This document shows, in pieces, positions 41,276-55,736 of a stretch of DNA of 64,000 nt. The notes below the pieces were generated by a model. That model was not told the origin of the DNA, made no database searches, and was given only the letters and a program-made list of their open reading frames with translations. Position numbers and translations under genes: made by a program. This DNA is from Bacteroidales bacterium (lineage in GTDB: Bacteria > Bacteroidota > Bacteroidia > Bacteroidales > Paludibacteraceae). The stretch is from positions 3,341 to 67,340 of the forward strand of contig JBBSCW010000001.1 in NCBI GenBank assembly GCA_038249855.1, in the 5' to 3' direction. Position 1 is the first letter of the stretch, and each line of letters starts with the position of its first letter.

Positions 41276-41380
41276 AAGAATATTTCTTAGCATGTTTATG
41301 ACTGTTAGGCAACGTTGAATGGAGCTGAAAGTCTGTATTTTATCAGTAAGTTGAAGAAAAGGATAATTTTTATAATAAAT

Positions 41381-43039
41381 ATGAAAAAAACAATATTTTC
41401 AGCACTCGTTTTCATCACTTCGATGACAGTAGCACAACCAAACAAAGCAACATTCAGCTATTTTCAGTACATAGGTAAAGATGTTTGTAATGATCAGAAA
41501 ATTGATTTAAAAACTCAATACCGCAATCCTATTTTACCAGGCTTTTACCCAGATCCCAGCATTTGTAGAAGGGGAAGTGATTATTTTATGGTAAATTCCA
41601 CTTTCTGTTATTTTCCGGGAATTCCAATATTCCATAGTAAAGATATGGTGCACTGGAATCAAATTGGCAATGTTCTCAATCGTCCTTCACAGCTTAATGT
41701 AGATAAATTAACGCTTTCGAGAGGTGTATTTGCACCGGCTATTGAATATAATCCATACAACCACACTTTTTATGTTATCAATACGGTAGTGGAAGGAATA
41801 AATAACTTTCTTGTAAAAACTACCAATCCATTTAAAGATTGGGGTGAGCCAATTAAACTTCCAGAAATTAATGGAATTGACCCTTCGCTGTTTTTCGACG
41901 ATGACGGTAAAGCATATATTGTATTCGGCGGTGGTCCGCCAGCAGCACCAAAATGGAGCGGCCACAGGGCAATCTGGTTGTTTGGTTACGATACTTCGAC
42001 AGATAAAGTAATACCAAATGGGAAAGTGATTGTTGACGGAGGAGTTGATACAACTCAACATCCAATATGGGTTGAAGGACCACATTTATATAAAATCAAA
42101 GGTAAATATTACCTGATGGCAGCTGAGGGAGGAACAAATGAAAATCATAGCGAAGTGATATTTATGAGCGACCGTGTAGATGGTCCATATTTACCTTGTA
42201 AAATCAATCCGATTTTAACTCAACGAGATTTACCAGCTTCGAGAGATAATAAAGTAACGAGTACCGGTCATGCGGATTTATTAAAAACACACAAAGGTGA
42301 TTGGGTAGCCGTATTTTTGGGCTGTCGTCCGTATAGCGGAATTTTATACAATACTGGAAGAGAGACTTTTATGTTGCCAGTTGAATGGAAAGACGATGTG
42401 CCTATAATTTTACCAAAAGGAGAACCTGTTCCAACGGTTGTGGATTTTCCATCTATGAATCGAAAGGGTTCAACGCAAAATGGTAATTTCACTTGGCGAG
42501 ATGAGTTTACCTCAACAACGCTGGACATGAAATGGTTGATGGTACGCGTACCTCAAACACAATGGTGGAAACTAAGCAAAGGATCTCTCCAAATTGAAGC
42601 GTTGGCACGAAGCCTAAGTCAAATAGTAAACCCTGCATTTATTGCTCGTCGTCAGCAACACATTAGGTTCGAAGCCTCAACATCAGTAAGTTTTACACCT
42701 CAATCCGAAAAAGAAATGGCTGGTATTGCTTATTTTCAAAATGATAAGAATTATCTGGCATTCGGAAAAACCGTACGCAATGGCAAACCTGTGATTGTAC
42801 TTATTTCGGTTGAACAGGGAAAACAAAAAGAGATAGCCATAGCCGAAATCATTGCTGCAAATGCAATCAATTTACATATCTTTGTTGATGGAGGTGAAGC
42901 AACTTTCTCATATAATCAAAATCAACTAAAACCTGTGACTCTTATATCGAAAGTCAATATAGAGAATCTTAGTACTGCAAAAGCTGGAGGATTTGTTGGT
43001 GCGGTTGTCGGAATGTACGCCACTGGTCTTGGTTTCTGA
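41381..43039 (+). CDS. GH43 beta-xylosidase/alpha-arabinofuranosidase with C-terminal beta-sandwich
   Basis: Start at MKKTIF; NPILPGFYPDPS, GIDPSLF, WVEGPHLY, TGHADL, GRETF, GGFVG. Confidence 0.92.
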   Translation: MKKTIFSALVFITSMTVAQPNKATFSYFQYIGKDVCNDQKIDLKTQYRNPILPGFYPDPSICRRGSDYFMVNSTFCYFPGIPIFHSKDMVHWNQIGNVLNRPSQLNVDKLTLSRGVFAPAIEYNPYNHTFYVINTVVEGINNFLVKTTNPFKDWGEPIKLPEINGIDPSLFFDDDGKAYIVFGGGPPAAPKWSGHRAIWLFGYDTSTDKVIPNGKVIVDGGVDTTQHPIWVEGPHLYKIKGKYYLMAAEGGTNENHSEVIFMSDRVDGPYLPCKINPILTQRDLPASRDNKVTSTGHADLLKTHKGDWVAVFLGCRPYSGILYNTGRETFMLPVEWKDDVPIILPKGEPVPTVVDFPSMNRKGSTQNGNFTWRDEFTSTTLDMKWLMVRVPQTQWWKLSKGSLQIEALARSLSQIVNPAFIARRQQHIRFEASTSVSFTPQSEKEMAGIAYFQNDKNYLAFGKTVRNGKPVIVLISVEQGKQKEIAIAEIIAANAINLHIFVDGGEATFSYNQNQLKPVTLISKVNIENLSTAKAGGFVGAVVGMYATGLGF

Positions 43040-43058
43040 TTTTAGATTAAGCAAATAG

Positions 43059-46226
<3,168 letters not shown>

Positions 46227-46248
46227 TTTTAATAAATTCAAAGAGGAT

Positions 46249-49062
46249 ATGAACCAAAACTTTTGTTTTTATAGGTTATCATTTGCCTTAATTATTGTAT
46301 TTCAAAGCTTTGCACTTTATGGACAAAATTCGTTTTCGTTAAGTGGAGAATGGAAATTCAGAATTGATTCGACCAATATAGGTGAAAAGCAAAATTATCA
46401 AACAACCAGTTTGAATGAGACTGTACAATTGCCTGGTTCAATGAACCTTAACGGTAAAGGTTATGAAATTGGTGTTAACACAAAATGGACTGGCTCCATG
46501 TGGAACAAAGATTGGTACAATTCAGATTTTTATGCTCCATATCGTACCAAAGAGAATTTGAAAATCGTTTTTTGGTTATCGCCAAATAAGGTTTATACTA
46601 GTGCAGCATGGTATAACAAAGAAATTGAAATTCCCCAAAAATGGTCTGATAAAGCCATTGTTATTTCATTGGAACGCTGCCATTGGGTTAGTTCAATTTG
46701 GTTAGATGGAAAGAAAATTGGTGATCGAAATTCGTTGAGTGTTCCCCATAAATACACCTTAATTGGGATTCGTCCGGGCAAACATAAATTGTCAATACAG
46801 GTAGATAACAGCGTAAAAGATATCAATCCGGGAGTAGACGCACACAGCATTAGTGATAATACACAAACGAACTGGAACGGAGTGATTGGCGAAATGAAAA
46901 TGGAAGCACATCCGCTTATTTTACTATCGAATGTGAAGATATTTCCAAGTGCTAAAAACAAGCAAATACGTGCTGAGGTAAAAATATCGAACTTCTCAAA
47001 ACAAACTATTAGCTCACAATTGTTATTTGGATGTAATTCATTATCATTAGCTTGCAAAAAGAATATTCTTTATAATATACTCCCAGGAGACACCACGATA
47101 GTTGTTGAAATCCCCATATCGGGCAGTATAAAACTATGGGATGAATTTTCGCCCAATTTATACACTTTAAAAACTAAATTAGTTTCTGATATTGGCACAG
47201 ATTTAACTGCTACTCAATTTGGATTTAGAGAATTAGGTACTAAGGGAACACAAATTACAATCAACAATCGCCCTGTGTTTTTCAGAGGGACATTGGAATG
47301 TTGTGTTTTTCCAAAAACTGGTTTTCCACCTACCGATTATAAGGCTTGGGAACGAGAATTTAAAATAGCGAAAGCCCACGGTCTCAATCATATCCGTTTT
47401 CACTCTTGGTGTCCGCCAAAAGCTGCTTTTGATGCAGCCGATAAATTGGGAGTTTATCTTCAAGTGGAATGTGATGCATGGGCTGAAATTGGCGAAGGAA
47501 AACCAATAGATGAATATGTAATAGCCGAAAGTAAAAGAATTGTAGATGAATATGGGAATCACCCCTCGTTTTGTTTGTTTCTTTATGGAAATGAGCCTGC
47601 AGGGAAACATCACACAGAATACCTTACAAAATTTGTTCAATATTGGAAAAATCGTGACAACAGATTTTACTATACTTCTGGGGCTGGTTGGCCAGCAATT
47701 GATTTGAATGATTATCACTGTTTGCCTGCTCCTCGTATTCAAAGTTGGGGTGCCGGAAACAAGAGCATTATTAATTCCGCCACACCCAGTAGTAATTTTG
47801 ATTGGTCGAATAAAATCTCGAAAACTATTCCAACCATCAGTCACGAAATTGGACAATGGTGCGTATATCCAAACTTGAAAGAACGATCAAAATACGATGG
47901 GTTGCTTAAAGCAGAGAACTTTGATATTTTCGAAGATCGACTTCGAAACAGCAATTTGCTACAGTTGGCCGATTCGTTTTTGTTATCTTCTGGTAAATTG
48001 CAAACACTTTGCTACAAAGCCGATATTGAAGCTGCATTACGAACTCCCGATTTCGGTGGGTTTCAATTGTTGGGCTTAACCGATTTTCCGGGACAAGGAA
48101 GTGCAATTGTTGGGGTATTGGATCCTTTTTGGGATGAAAAATCCTATGTTTCGGCGAAGGAATTTGCACAATTTTGTAATCAAACAGTGCCTTTAGCAAT
48201 TCTGAATAAATTTATTTATACAAGTGGAGAAGAGTTGTTAGCCGATGTAAAAGTGGCACATTTTGGACTAGACTCCTTGAATAAACCAACGGTAAAATGG
48301 ACTATCAAACAAGCAGATGGGAAAGTTGTTTATAGCCAAAAACTAGCAATTAATTCAATTCCAACAGGAACGCTTACAACTATTGGACAGATTAAGCAAA
48401 AACTAGAAGTAACGAAACCTGTTCAATTCAGATTGGAAATTACTGTAAATAATACATACACAAACAGCTGGGATATTTGGGTTTATCCAACTGTCGACTT
48501 AAAACAAAGCGATGATATTTTAGTATGCGACAAAGCTGACAAAAAAATGTGGGATTATTTAAGTGCTGGTGGCAAGGTGATTTTGACTCCTAAATGGGGA
48601 ACAATGAAAAATGAAGGAAAAGATTCTGTCGTAGTCGGTTTCTCGTCTATTTTCTGGAATACCTTATGGACAAATGGCCAAGCACCTCATACTTTAGGCT
48701 TACTTTGTAACCCCAAACATCCAGCTTTAGCACTTTTCCCAACCGATTATTACAGCAATTATCAATGGCAAGATATTGTAAAATATACCAATGCCATTCA
48801 ATTGAATAAATTTGATACGAATTTACAACCAATTGTTCGTATTATTGATGATTGGTTTAAAGCCCGTTCCATTGCATTGGCGGTAGAGTTAAAAGTTGGA
48901 AATGGAAAATTGATGTTGGTTGGTTCCGATTTGCTGTTAGAAGCAGATAAACGACCGGGAGCAAGCCAGTTATTGGTTAGCTTTAAGGAATATATGAAAT
49001 CAAGCACATTTAATCCGCAAATTGAAGTAAATAAAGAAGTCATTCAATCTTTGTTGAAATAG
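46249..49062 (+). CDS. GH2 glycosidase (divergent subtype)
   Basis: TQTNWNG, LWDEFSPNLY, GLNHIRFHSWCPP, GNHPSF..GNE, SHEIGQW, DFPGQG. Confidence 0.85.
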   Translation: MNQNFCFYRLSFALIIVFQSFALYGQNSFSLSGEWKFRIDSTNIGEKQNYQTTSLNETVQLPGSMNLNGKGYEIGVNTKWTGSMWNKDWYNSDFYAPYRTKENLKIVFWLSPNKVYTSAAWYNKEIEIPQKWSDKAIVISLERCHWVSSIWLDGKKIGDRNSLSVPHKYTLIGIRPGKHKLSIQVDNSVKDINPGVDAHSISDNTQTNWNGVIGEMKMEAHPLILLSNVKIFPSAKNKQIRAEVKISNFSKQTISSQLLFGCNSLSLACKKNILYNILPGDTTIVVEIPISGSIKLWDEFSPNLYTLKTKLVSDIGTDLTATQFGFRELGTKGTQITINNRPVFFRGTLECCVFPKTGFPPTDYKAWEREFKIAKAHGLNHIRFHSWCPPKAAFDAADKLGVYLQVECDAWAEIGEGKPIDEYVIAESKRIVDEYGNHPSFCLFLYGNEPAGKHHTEYLTKFVQYWKNRDNRFYYTSGAGWPAIDLNDYHCLPAPRIQSWGAGNKSIINSATPSSNFDWSNKISKTIPTISHEIGQWCVYPNLKERSKYDGLLKAENFDIFEDRLRNSNLLQLADSFLLSSGKLQTLCYKADIEAALRTPDFGGFQLLGLTDFPGQGSAIVGVLDPFWDEKSYVSAKEFAQFCNQTVPLAILNKFIYTSGEELLADVKVAHFGLDSLNKPTVKWTIKQADGKVVYSQKLAINSIPTGTLTTIGQIKQKLEVTKPVQFRLEITVNNTYTNSWDIWVYPTVDLKQSDDILVCDKADKKMWDYLSAGGKVILTPKWGTMKNEGKDSVVVGFSSIFWNTLWTNGQAPHTLGLLCNPKHPALALFPTDYYSNYQWQDIVKYTNAIQLNKFDTNLQPIVRIIDDWFKARSIALAVELKVGNGKLMLVGSDLLLEADKRPGASQLLVSFKEYMKSSTFNPQIEVNKEVIQSLLK

Positions 49063-49210
49063 GAAATTTCTTCCTTATTTTGCTCAAAATAACACACTAA
49101 TTCAGGTACTAAGCGAACATTAAACCCCAAGTATTAAGCGATTAAAATCATTAAACTGCACACACTTCCACCAAAAATGGATAGACTACAAATAACTAAC
49201 TAAAAAAAAT

Positions 49211-51004
49211 ATGAAACACAGCGTAGAATTAAAGTTACTAGTAAAAAAAATCGGTCCTTTGTTTTTTCTAATATTTTCTTTTTCTATTATCAATGCTCAA
49301 GGGATTCAAAAGCTGGACAATAGAAGTGAATTGAAAAGAGACGAGCGAACCAGGTTTTATATCACTCCAAAACGAATTGTTTGGCTTTCGGACAGCACAG
49401 GTAAGTCTGTTCGCAACCCAGATAATTTATTAAATAATGGAGTTGGACAAGTGATAAAGGCAAATAGGAATGATTTAGTTTTAAAAACAGACAAAAATCA
49501 CCAAGCTGGGATTTTATTGGATTTTGGTCAGGAACTTACAGGTGGAATTCAGTTGATGATTAACTCCAATCACAATAATTCAAAGTTAAGAATTAGATTT
49601 GGCGAATCAGTAAGCGAAGCAATGTCTAATCTAGGTGAGAAAAATTCTACGAACGATCACGCCCTTAGAGATTTTGAAACCAGCGTGGCGAAATGGAGCA
49701 CTTTAGAAGTCGGAAGTTCGGGCTTCAGGTTTGTACGAATAGATAAAATTGATACCTTAGAGGCAATTAACATCAAAGAAATTAATGCCATACAGGTGAT
49801 AAGAGATATTCCCTATAAAGGCTCATTTCATTGTAATGATGAAAGGTTAAACAGAATTTGGGAAGTGGGTGCATATACCGTTCATCTTAATATGCAAGAG
49901 TATTTGTACGATGGAATAAAACGCGACAGGCAGGTTTGGATGGGTGACATGAACCCGGAAATGATGACCATTTTCAGCGTTTTCGGAGATAACAATGTAG
50001 TACCCAAAAGTATGGATTTCGCTAGAGATGCAGCTCCTTTGCCAAAATATATCAATGGCATCAGCTCTTATTCAATTTGGTGGCTTATTTGCCAAAGAGA
50101 CTACTATCAATATCAAGGTAACTTGTCCTATTTAAAAGAGCAAAAACCTTATCTATTAAGTTTATTGAATTTGCTAATAACTAAAGTGGACAGTACTGGA
50201 AAGGAAAACTTAGGGCGTTGGCGCTATATTGATTGGCCAACCTCAAATAACAACGAAGGAATTCACGCAGGTTTGCAGTCGCTTATGTTAATGGGTATGA
50301 ACGTTGGGGTTGAGCTTTGCACCTATTTAAATGAATCGGAAATGGCTGAAAAATGTAGGCTTACAGCATTAAAATTAAAGAAACATGTACCCAGTCCTAA
50401 CCACTCAAAATATGCTGCTGCACTGATGGAATTATCTGGTTTATCAGAAAATCTAAAAGTACATAATGATGTTTTAGCTAAGAAGCCGACAGATAGCATC
50501 TCACCATTTATGGGTTATTATGTTTTAAAATCATTTGCCAAGGCTGGCGATTATCAAACCGGGATAAACATGATTAAAGAATTTTGGGGAGGGATGTTGG
50601 ATATGGGGGCAACCACCTTTTGGGAAGACTTTGACCTCAATTGGATGAAAGATGCCGCTCCAATTGATCAACTAGTACCAGCTGGTAAAAAAGATATTCA
50701 TGGAGATTTTGGAGGCTTTGCCTATAAAGGGTTTAGACATAGTTTAGCTCATGGTTGGGCTTCAGGGCCAACAGCATGGTTATCTCAATATGTTTTAGGT
50801 GTAAATGTTATTGAACCGGGTTGTAAAAAGATAAGTATAGAACCACATTTAGGAAATTTAAGTAATGTCAAAGGCACTTTCCCGACACCAATGGGAATTG
50901 TTACGATTCAGCACCTAAAACTTAAAAGTGGCGAAATAAAAACTATTTATACTGCGCCAAAAGGAGTTAAAGTAATTGTAAAAAAAACCACTAATCTGAA
51001 ATAG
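49211..51004 (+). CDS. GH78 alpha-L-rhamnosidase (short form)
   Basis: LLDFGQE, DGIKRDR..WMGD, GATTFWEDF, SLAHGWASGP. Confidence 0.9.
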   Translation: MKHSVELKLLVKKIGPLFFLIFSFSIINAQGIQKLDNRSELKRDERTRFYITPKRIVWLSDSTGKSVRNPDNLLNNGVGQVIKANRNDLVLKTDKNHQAGILLDFGQELTGGIQLMINSNHNNSKLRIRFGESVSEAMSNLGEKNSTNDHALRDFETSVAKWSTLEVGSSGFRFVRIDKIDTLEAINIKEINAIQVIRDIPYKGSFHCNDERLNRIWEVGAYTVHLNMQEYLYDGIKRDRQVWMGDMNPEMMTIFSVFGDNNVVPKSMDFARDAAPLPKYINGISSYSIWWLICQRDYYQYQGNLSYLKEQKPYLLSLLNLLITKVDSTGKENLGRWRYIDWPTSNNNEGIHAGLQSLMLMGMNVGVELCTYLNESEMAEKCRLTALKLKKHVPSPNHSKYAAALMELSGLSENLKVHNDVLAKKPTDSISPFMGYYVLKSFAKAGDYQTGINMIKEFWGGMLDMGATTFWEDFDLNWMKDAAPIDQLVPAGKKDIHGDFGGFAYKGFRHSLAHGWASGPTAWLSQYVLGVNVIEPGCKKISIEPHLGNLSNVKGTFPTPMGIVTIQHLKLKSGEIKTIYTAPKGVKVIVKKTTNLK

Positions 51005-51237
51005 TTCTAAAAAAAACGTCAATCAAATAAGTTTGGCTATTTTTCTTTGGTACAATACGATATGTTTTTCAATGTTTTTTCGTAAGTGAAGCTCGTGTTA
51101 ACTCCTTAGGCTATAACCATACAACGAACATCGAAAACAAGTAAGATACGAAGAACGAGGCAAGTCTGGTTAGAATGGAAAAAAAACAAGAAAAACGAAA
51201 ATTTCAGGTATAAATATAGCAAAACCCAACATTAGAT

Positions 51238-54200
51238 ATGAATTCAAAATTTATATTTGCAAAAAAGATACTTATTCTACTCAATATCCTTTTCAGTTTA
51301 AATGTCTTCGCAGGTTCGTATACAACTAAGCCCGATTATTCAGCATTGTCCTATACTCCGAATGGTGATGCCATTGAACGAGTAAATGGTAAACGCTGGT
51401 GCAACCGTCCGCTTTACTGTCAGGAACGCAAAGCCACTGTGTTTGCAGGAGAACAACCGCTACTGTTCAGTCAGATTGGAAAACTCACCTTTGCCGTTTC
51501 CGATGGCAGCCAGACTATGTTTCTGCATACATTCGAAAAAAGATTCATGCGGTACCGTGCTGGGCAAGTAGAATGGCAATTCACCGACCCGAAATTTGGC
51601 AAAACAATTTTCACTATCAAAACCACAACATTGGCGGATGCTACAGGTTATGTGGTGCGCTTTTCTGCTGTTGGCGATACCAAACCGCTTTCGGTGGCCT
51701 GGTGTTTTGTTACCCCAAATTTAGAAAAAAAACGCTCGTATAATCTCACTGCTGATGGTGAGCGCTTCTCTTTATTGCCCGATTCGGCAATTGCTTTTAC
51801 TGATATTCAGGGACATTTTTCGCAGTCGGTAGAACGCTGGGAAACCACTGATAAGAAAAATCTTGACCCAACTCCGCATGTCAACTTCTACACCACCGGA
51901 TGGTACAACGAAATGTCTGAATCATACGGATCGGCTGATTTTCTTACCTTAAAAGAGAACCTGCCTTTTTCGGGAAGTACTCTCAAATTGCAGGGATTAG
52001 TGGCATGGCAAATCATACAATCGGGCAAATCAATCACATTGGCAATGATTGCCGACGACAGAGATGAGATGCTTATTGGACGTTACAAAAAATTGAACCC
52101 AGAACTCATAGCTAATCCATTAGATGCCTACCAAAAAAGTATAGCGCGTGTAGAAAATCTTGCTAATAGGGTGAAAGTAGATACCCCCGATCCCTATTTC
52201 AATGCTGGCGTAAGTGTGTCTGTGGCCGCAATTTTCGGACTGTTTGTAGACCCCTGCTTTGTACACGGTGGTTCGGCTTGGCGACAGCAACAACCGGGAT
52301 GGCGAACCATGGCCGGTGCTACTGCATACGGGTGGCACGATTTAGTCTATAAAGCTCTCAAATACTGGACTTCGCAAATGATAACGAATGACAATGGTAA
52401 ATATGAAGCAGCTCTTTCCCTTTCCGGTTGTCAGCAAGAACCTTCGAAATCGCGCATGTTTGGCAAAGGCTACATGGATTATCATCAAGCGGAGCATTAC
52501 GAATTTCAAACACAGTTTTTCGACGAAGCCGTGCGCGAATGGCGTGCTACTGGCGACCTAGAATTTGAAAAACTGTTGATGCCAAATCTCGAACTGCATC
52601 TCGAACGTTGCAAAATATGTTTCGACCCCGATGATGACGGATTGTACGAAAGTGTGGTAAACGTCTGGCCATCTGATAGCCAGTGGTATAATGGCGGCGG
52701 TTCGGTAGAACAATCGGCTTACTGTTATTTCGGTTTTAAAGCATTATCCGAAATGAAAAGAAAAGCCGGCGATGCAGTTGCTGCAAAAAAATACGAAGAC
52801 GAATGTGCTAAAATTCAAGCCGCACTCGACAAAACACTGTGGCTCAAAGATAAAGGTCAATATGCCGCTTACATCGAACAAGGCGGACACAAGCGGGTGC
52901 ATTCCGATGCATGGATTTACAGCGAACATTTGCCCATCGAAGCAGGACTGAGTACCCCACAGCAGGCTTGGCAAGCAATGTATTACACCGAGTGGGCTAT
53001 GGAACAATTCATTTTCCCTTATGGTGGCGAAATGCGACAAACCTCAAATTTTGTTCCAGGACAATGGTCTATTCGCGAATTGTATCACGCTGATAATTTT
53101 GCTATGGCACTGGGCTATTTTCTGTCGGGACAAGGAAACGATGGCTGGCAAATTCTGAGCGGAGCAATGAAAGAATCCATGTTTGGCGACCAAACAAAAA
53201 AAACAGGCTACAGCAACGAAATAACCTCGTTCAATCGTCCCAATATTGAGTCTCCTGGGGGCTTATCGCACCCAAATTGCGGCATTGACTTCAATGACAT
53301 TGCCACCATGTTTGTACGTTCGGTGGTGGAAGGATTGTTTGGCTATCACCCCGATTATCCGAACAATAAAGTGATCATTGCACCTGCTTTTCCGGCAGAA
53401 TGGAAACGGGCTTCGATAAATGCTCCAGATTTCTCACTCGATTTTAAGCAAGATGGTAATACGGATAAATACACAATAGGCTTAACCCGAAATGCTGGAG
53501 TTGAATTGCAATTGGCCGTAAGAGCAGCCAGAATTCAACGCGTTTTCATTAATGGGAAAAAAGTATCATTCCGTACCGAAGCACGTCCAGGATATACGTT
53601 GGTGATAGCTCAGGCAAATACAGCGAATAACTTTACAGTAGAAATTACAACAACCAATCGACACCTCGACGTTTTGCCTATAGATATAAAGGCTGAAGCA
53701 GGACAAAAAATTCAGATTGAAGCGGCTTATCCGATTGAAAAAATCGAAGACCCACAACAGGTTTTCTCAAACATCGAACTATCAGGAAACAAACTGATTG
53801 CAAACTGCACAGATCGAACCGGACAACATCTGGTTTTTATTCACATCAAAGGCGTTTTACCGCTCATTCAATTTGTAAAAATAAATATTAACGATTCTGT
53901 TTCCGAAAAGAAAAATGCTGAAAAGTTTCCAACAAAACCAAATTTCAATGCACAATGGGATTTTATAGATCTAACGAATAGTTTCAACGGTGATGTAAGG
54001 AATATATTCAAACAGAAATACCTAACGCCGCGCCCTCCAACAGTTTCTGCCCGTATTGGTTATGACGGTTGGTCTGCGTGGACTTTTCGCTGGTGGAGTT
54101 TTAAAACACCTGAAATAAATCTAAGTAATGTGAATTCACTAATGACTGCTGATAGCTTGCTAAAAACACCTCAAGACGCTTTGTTCCGTTTAGGTAAAGA

Positions 54201-54636
54201 CACCAATAATATTGCTTTTAGTTCGCTCTGGGACAATTGGCCTGATTCTGTCAATATTCCTGTTAATAAAAAAGGCAAACAGTTATGGATATTGGTTTGC
54301 GGCTCCACCAACCCCATGCAGGGACGCATAGAGAATGCTGTCATAAAGTTTAATTATGCCGATTGCGTTACTGAAAAAATGGCGTTGATTCCTCCCTTTA
54401 ATTATTGGTCGTTGTGTAAATTCGGTGCTTTGGATTATAACTATAAACGTGATGGATTTTCGCTTCCAGCCAAAGCTCCAGCACAGGTTGAATTGGGTGA
54501 CAATTGCAGAGCCATGGTGTATGGGTATAAACTCCGACCTGATAAAGTGTTGGTGTCAGTAACACTCGAAACACTTTCGCAGGAAGTTGTAACTGGAATA
54601 ATGGGCTTATCAATTGTACAGGAAAAAGAAGAATAA
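51238..54636 (+). CDS. DUF4450-like secreted six-hairpin glycosidase-like protein of unknown specificity
   Basis: Signal peptide; YTPNGD..NG..CNRPLY start, TPDPY, HG..AWR...GWR, FDPDDDGLYE..NVWPSD..WYNGG, VEGLFG.HPD. Confidence 0.7.
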   Translation: MNSKFIFAKKILILLNILFSLNVFAGSYTTKPDYSALSYTPNGDAIERVNGKRWCNRPLYCQERKATVFAGEQPLLFSQIGKLTFAVSDGSQTMFLHTFEKRFMRYRAGQVEWQFTDPKFGKTIFTIKTTTLADATGYVVRFSAVGDTKPLSVAWCFVTPNLEKKRSYNLTADGERFSLLPDSAIAFTDIQGHFSQSVERWETTDKKNLDPTPHVNFYTTGWYNEMSESYGSADFLTLKENLPFSGSTLKLQGLVAWQIIQSGKSITLAMIADDRDEMLIGRYKKLNPELIANPLDAYQKSIARVENLANRVKVDTPDPYFNAGVSVSVAAIFGLFVDPCFVHGGSAWRQQQPGWRTMAGATAYGWHDLVYKALKYWTSQMITNDNGKYEAALSLSGCQQEPSKSRMFGKGYMDYHQAEHYEFQTQFFDEAVREWRATGDLEFEKLLMPNLELHLERCKICFDPDDDGLYESVVNVWPSDSQWYNGGGSVEQSAYCYFGFKALSEMKRKAGDAVAAKKYEDECAKIQAALDKTLWLKDKGQYAAYIEQGGHKRVHSDAWIYSEHLPIEAGLSTPQQAWQAMYYTEWAMEQFIFPYGGEMRQTSNFVPGQWSIRELYHADNFAMALGYFLSGQGNDGWQILSGAMKESMFGDQTKKTGYSNEITSFNRPNIESPGGLSHPNCGIDFNDIATMFVRSVVEGLFGYHPDYPNNKVIIAPAFPAEWKRASINAPDFSLDFKQDGNTDKYTIGLTRNAGVELQLAVRAARIQRVFINGKKVSFRTEARPGYTLVIAQANTANNFTVEITTTNRHLDVLPIDIKAEAGQKIQIEAAYPIEKIEDPQQVFSNIELSGNKLIANCTDRTGQHLVFIHIKGVLPLIQFVKININDSVSEKKNAEKFPTKPNFNAQWDFIDLTNSFNGDVRNIFKQKYLTPRPPTVSARIGYDGWSAWTFRWWSFKTPEINLSNVNSLMTADSLLKTPQDALFRLGKDTNNIAFSSLWDNWPDSVNIPVNKKGKQLWILVCGSTNPMQGRIENAVIKFNYADCVTEKMALIPPFNYWSLCKFGALDYNYKRDGFSLPAKAPAQVELGDNCRAMVYGYKLRPDKVLVSVTLETLSQEVVTGIMGLSIVQEKEE

Positions 54637-54796
54637 GTTTAAGCTTCCCTATAAAAGTGTAGAACAAGGTGTAAGTAGTCTGTTTTTTCTTCAGTGTTTA
54701 TTGTTGGGATTACCGAAAAGTTGAGGTAGGTTATATCTCCGATCAGTTGTAAAATATTTATTATATTCATGGTTTTTAATTGAATTAAAATTCCAT

Positions 54797-55687
54797 TTAT
54801 CCTTTCTTTTTATTGCGGTATTCACTTGGAGACAATTTCATTATTTTTGTAAAGATGCGACTAAAATAAAGGGGATCATCGTATCCGATCATCATGGAAA
54901 TCTGATTTATTTTCATATCGGAGAAATCGAGGAAATGGCAGGCTAGTTGAATCTTGAGTTGCAAAAGATAGTTCAATGGAGAATATCCAGTTTTCTTTTG
55001 AAATACAGTTGAGAAATGAGAAACGGAAAATCCAATGTGGTCTGAAATTTCTTTCAATGTTAATCGCTTATGAATATTTTCACGCATAAAGTGAATGGCA
55101 TCATCTGATATGTCATGCTGGTTCTGCGTTGAGAATAAACTATCACGGTAAGCACCTAGGAATTTCAGAGAACCAAGAAAATGGAAAAGGCTTGTAATGC
55201 TATATTCCAGGTTATTTTTACTATACCCATTCTTAAGAGTGCTGAAAATTTCTTCGAATAAATGAAGACGATCTTCAATCCTGGAATCTTTTTGAACACT
55301 TACTAAAGTAGGTTTATCGAGACCTTCTGAAAAATATCCAGCTTTTTGACCATCAAAATGCATCCAATAGATTGTCCATGGATTCGTTTTATTGCAGCCA
55401 TAGGCATGTGCTTTACCTTTTGGTAGAATAAAAAAATGTTCAGGTAAGACCTTCTGTCGAATATCATTTATCTCGAACCAACCTTCACCATCAACACAAT
55501 AAATCAGAACGTATTGTTGTGCTTCTTCTTTGGTTCGTTTTCGAAAGTGGAAACTTGCTTTTGGGTAATAGCCAATGTCTGTGATATGTAGCAAACTACC
55601 CAAGTCATCAACCTTCATGTCTTCAACAATTGGCGAAGGAATGACAATTGCTCTTTCGCCTAGAAAACCGCTTTTAAGTTTTGCCAT
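54797..55687 (-). CDS. AraC-family transcriptional regulator
   Basis: Cupin ligand domain (ITDIGYYP, PWTIYWMHF) and C-terminal GYDDPLYFSRIF..SPSEYR. Confidence 0.95.
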   Translation of the reverse strand: MAKLKSGFLGERAIVIPSPIVEDMKVDDLGSLLHITDIGYYPKASFHFRKRTKEEAQQYVLIYCVDGEGWFEINDIRQKVLPEHFFILPKGKAHAYGCNKTNPWTIYWMHFDGQKAGYFSEGLDKPTLVSVQKDSRIEDRLHLFEEIFSTLKNGYSKNNLEYSITSLFHFLGSLKFLGAYRDSLFSTQNQHDISDDAIHFMRENIHKRLTLKEISDHIGFSVSHFSTVFQKKTGYSPLNYLLQLKIQLACHFLDFSDMKINQISMMIGYDDPLYFSRIFTKIMKLSPSEYRNKKKG

Positions 55688-55736
55688 TTCAAGTCCATGA
55701 ATAAATTTCTGTTCAAAAATACATTGAATTTATTAA

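Noticed and set aside
51005-51237. Possible GH3 N-terminal remnant or small RNA in the GH78-DUF4450 spacer
   Set aside because: Only a vague EER..LVRM resemblance needing frameshifts; no convincing structure.
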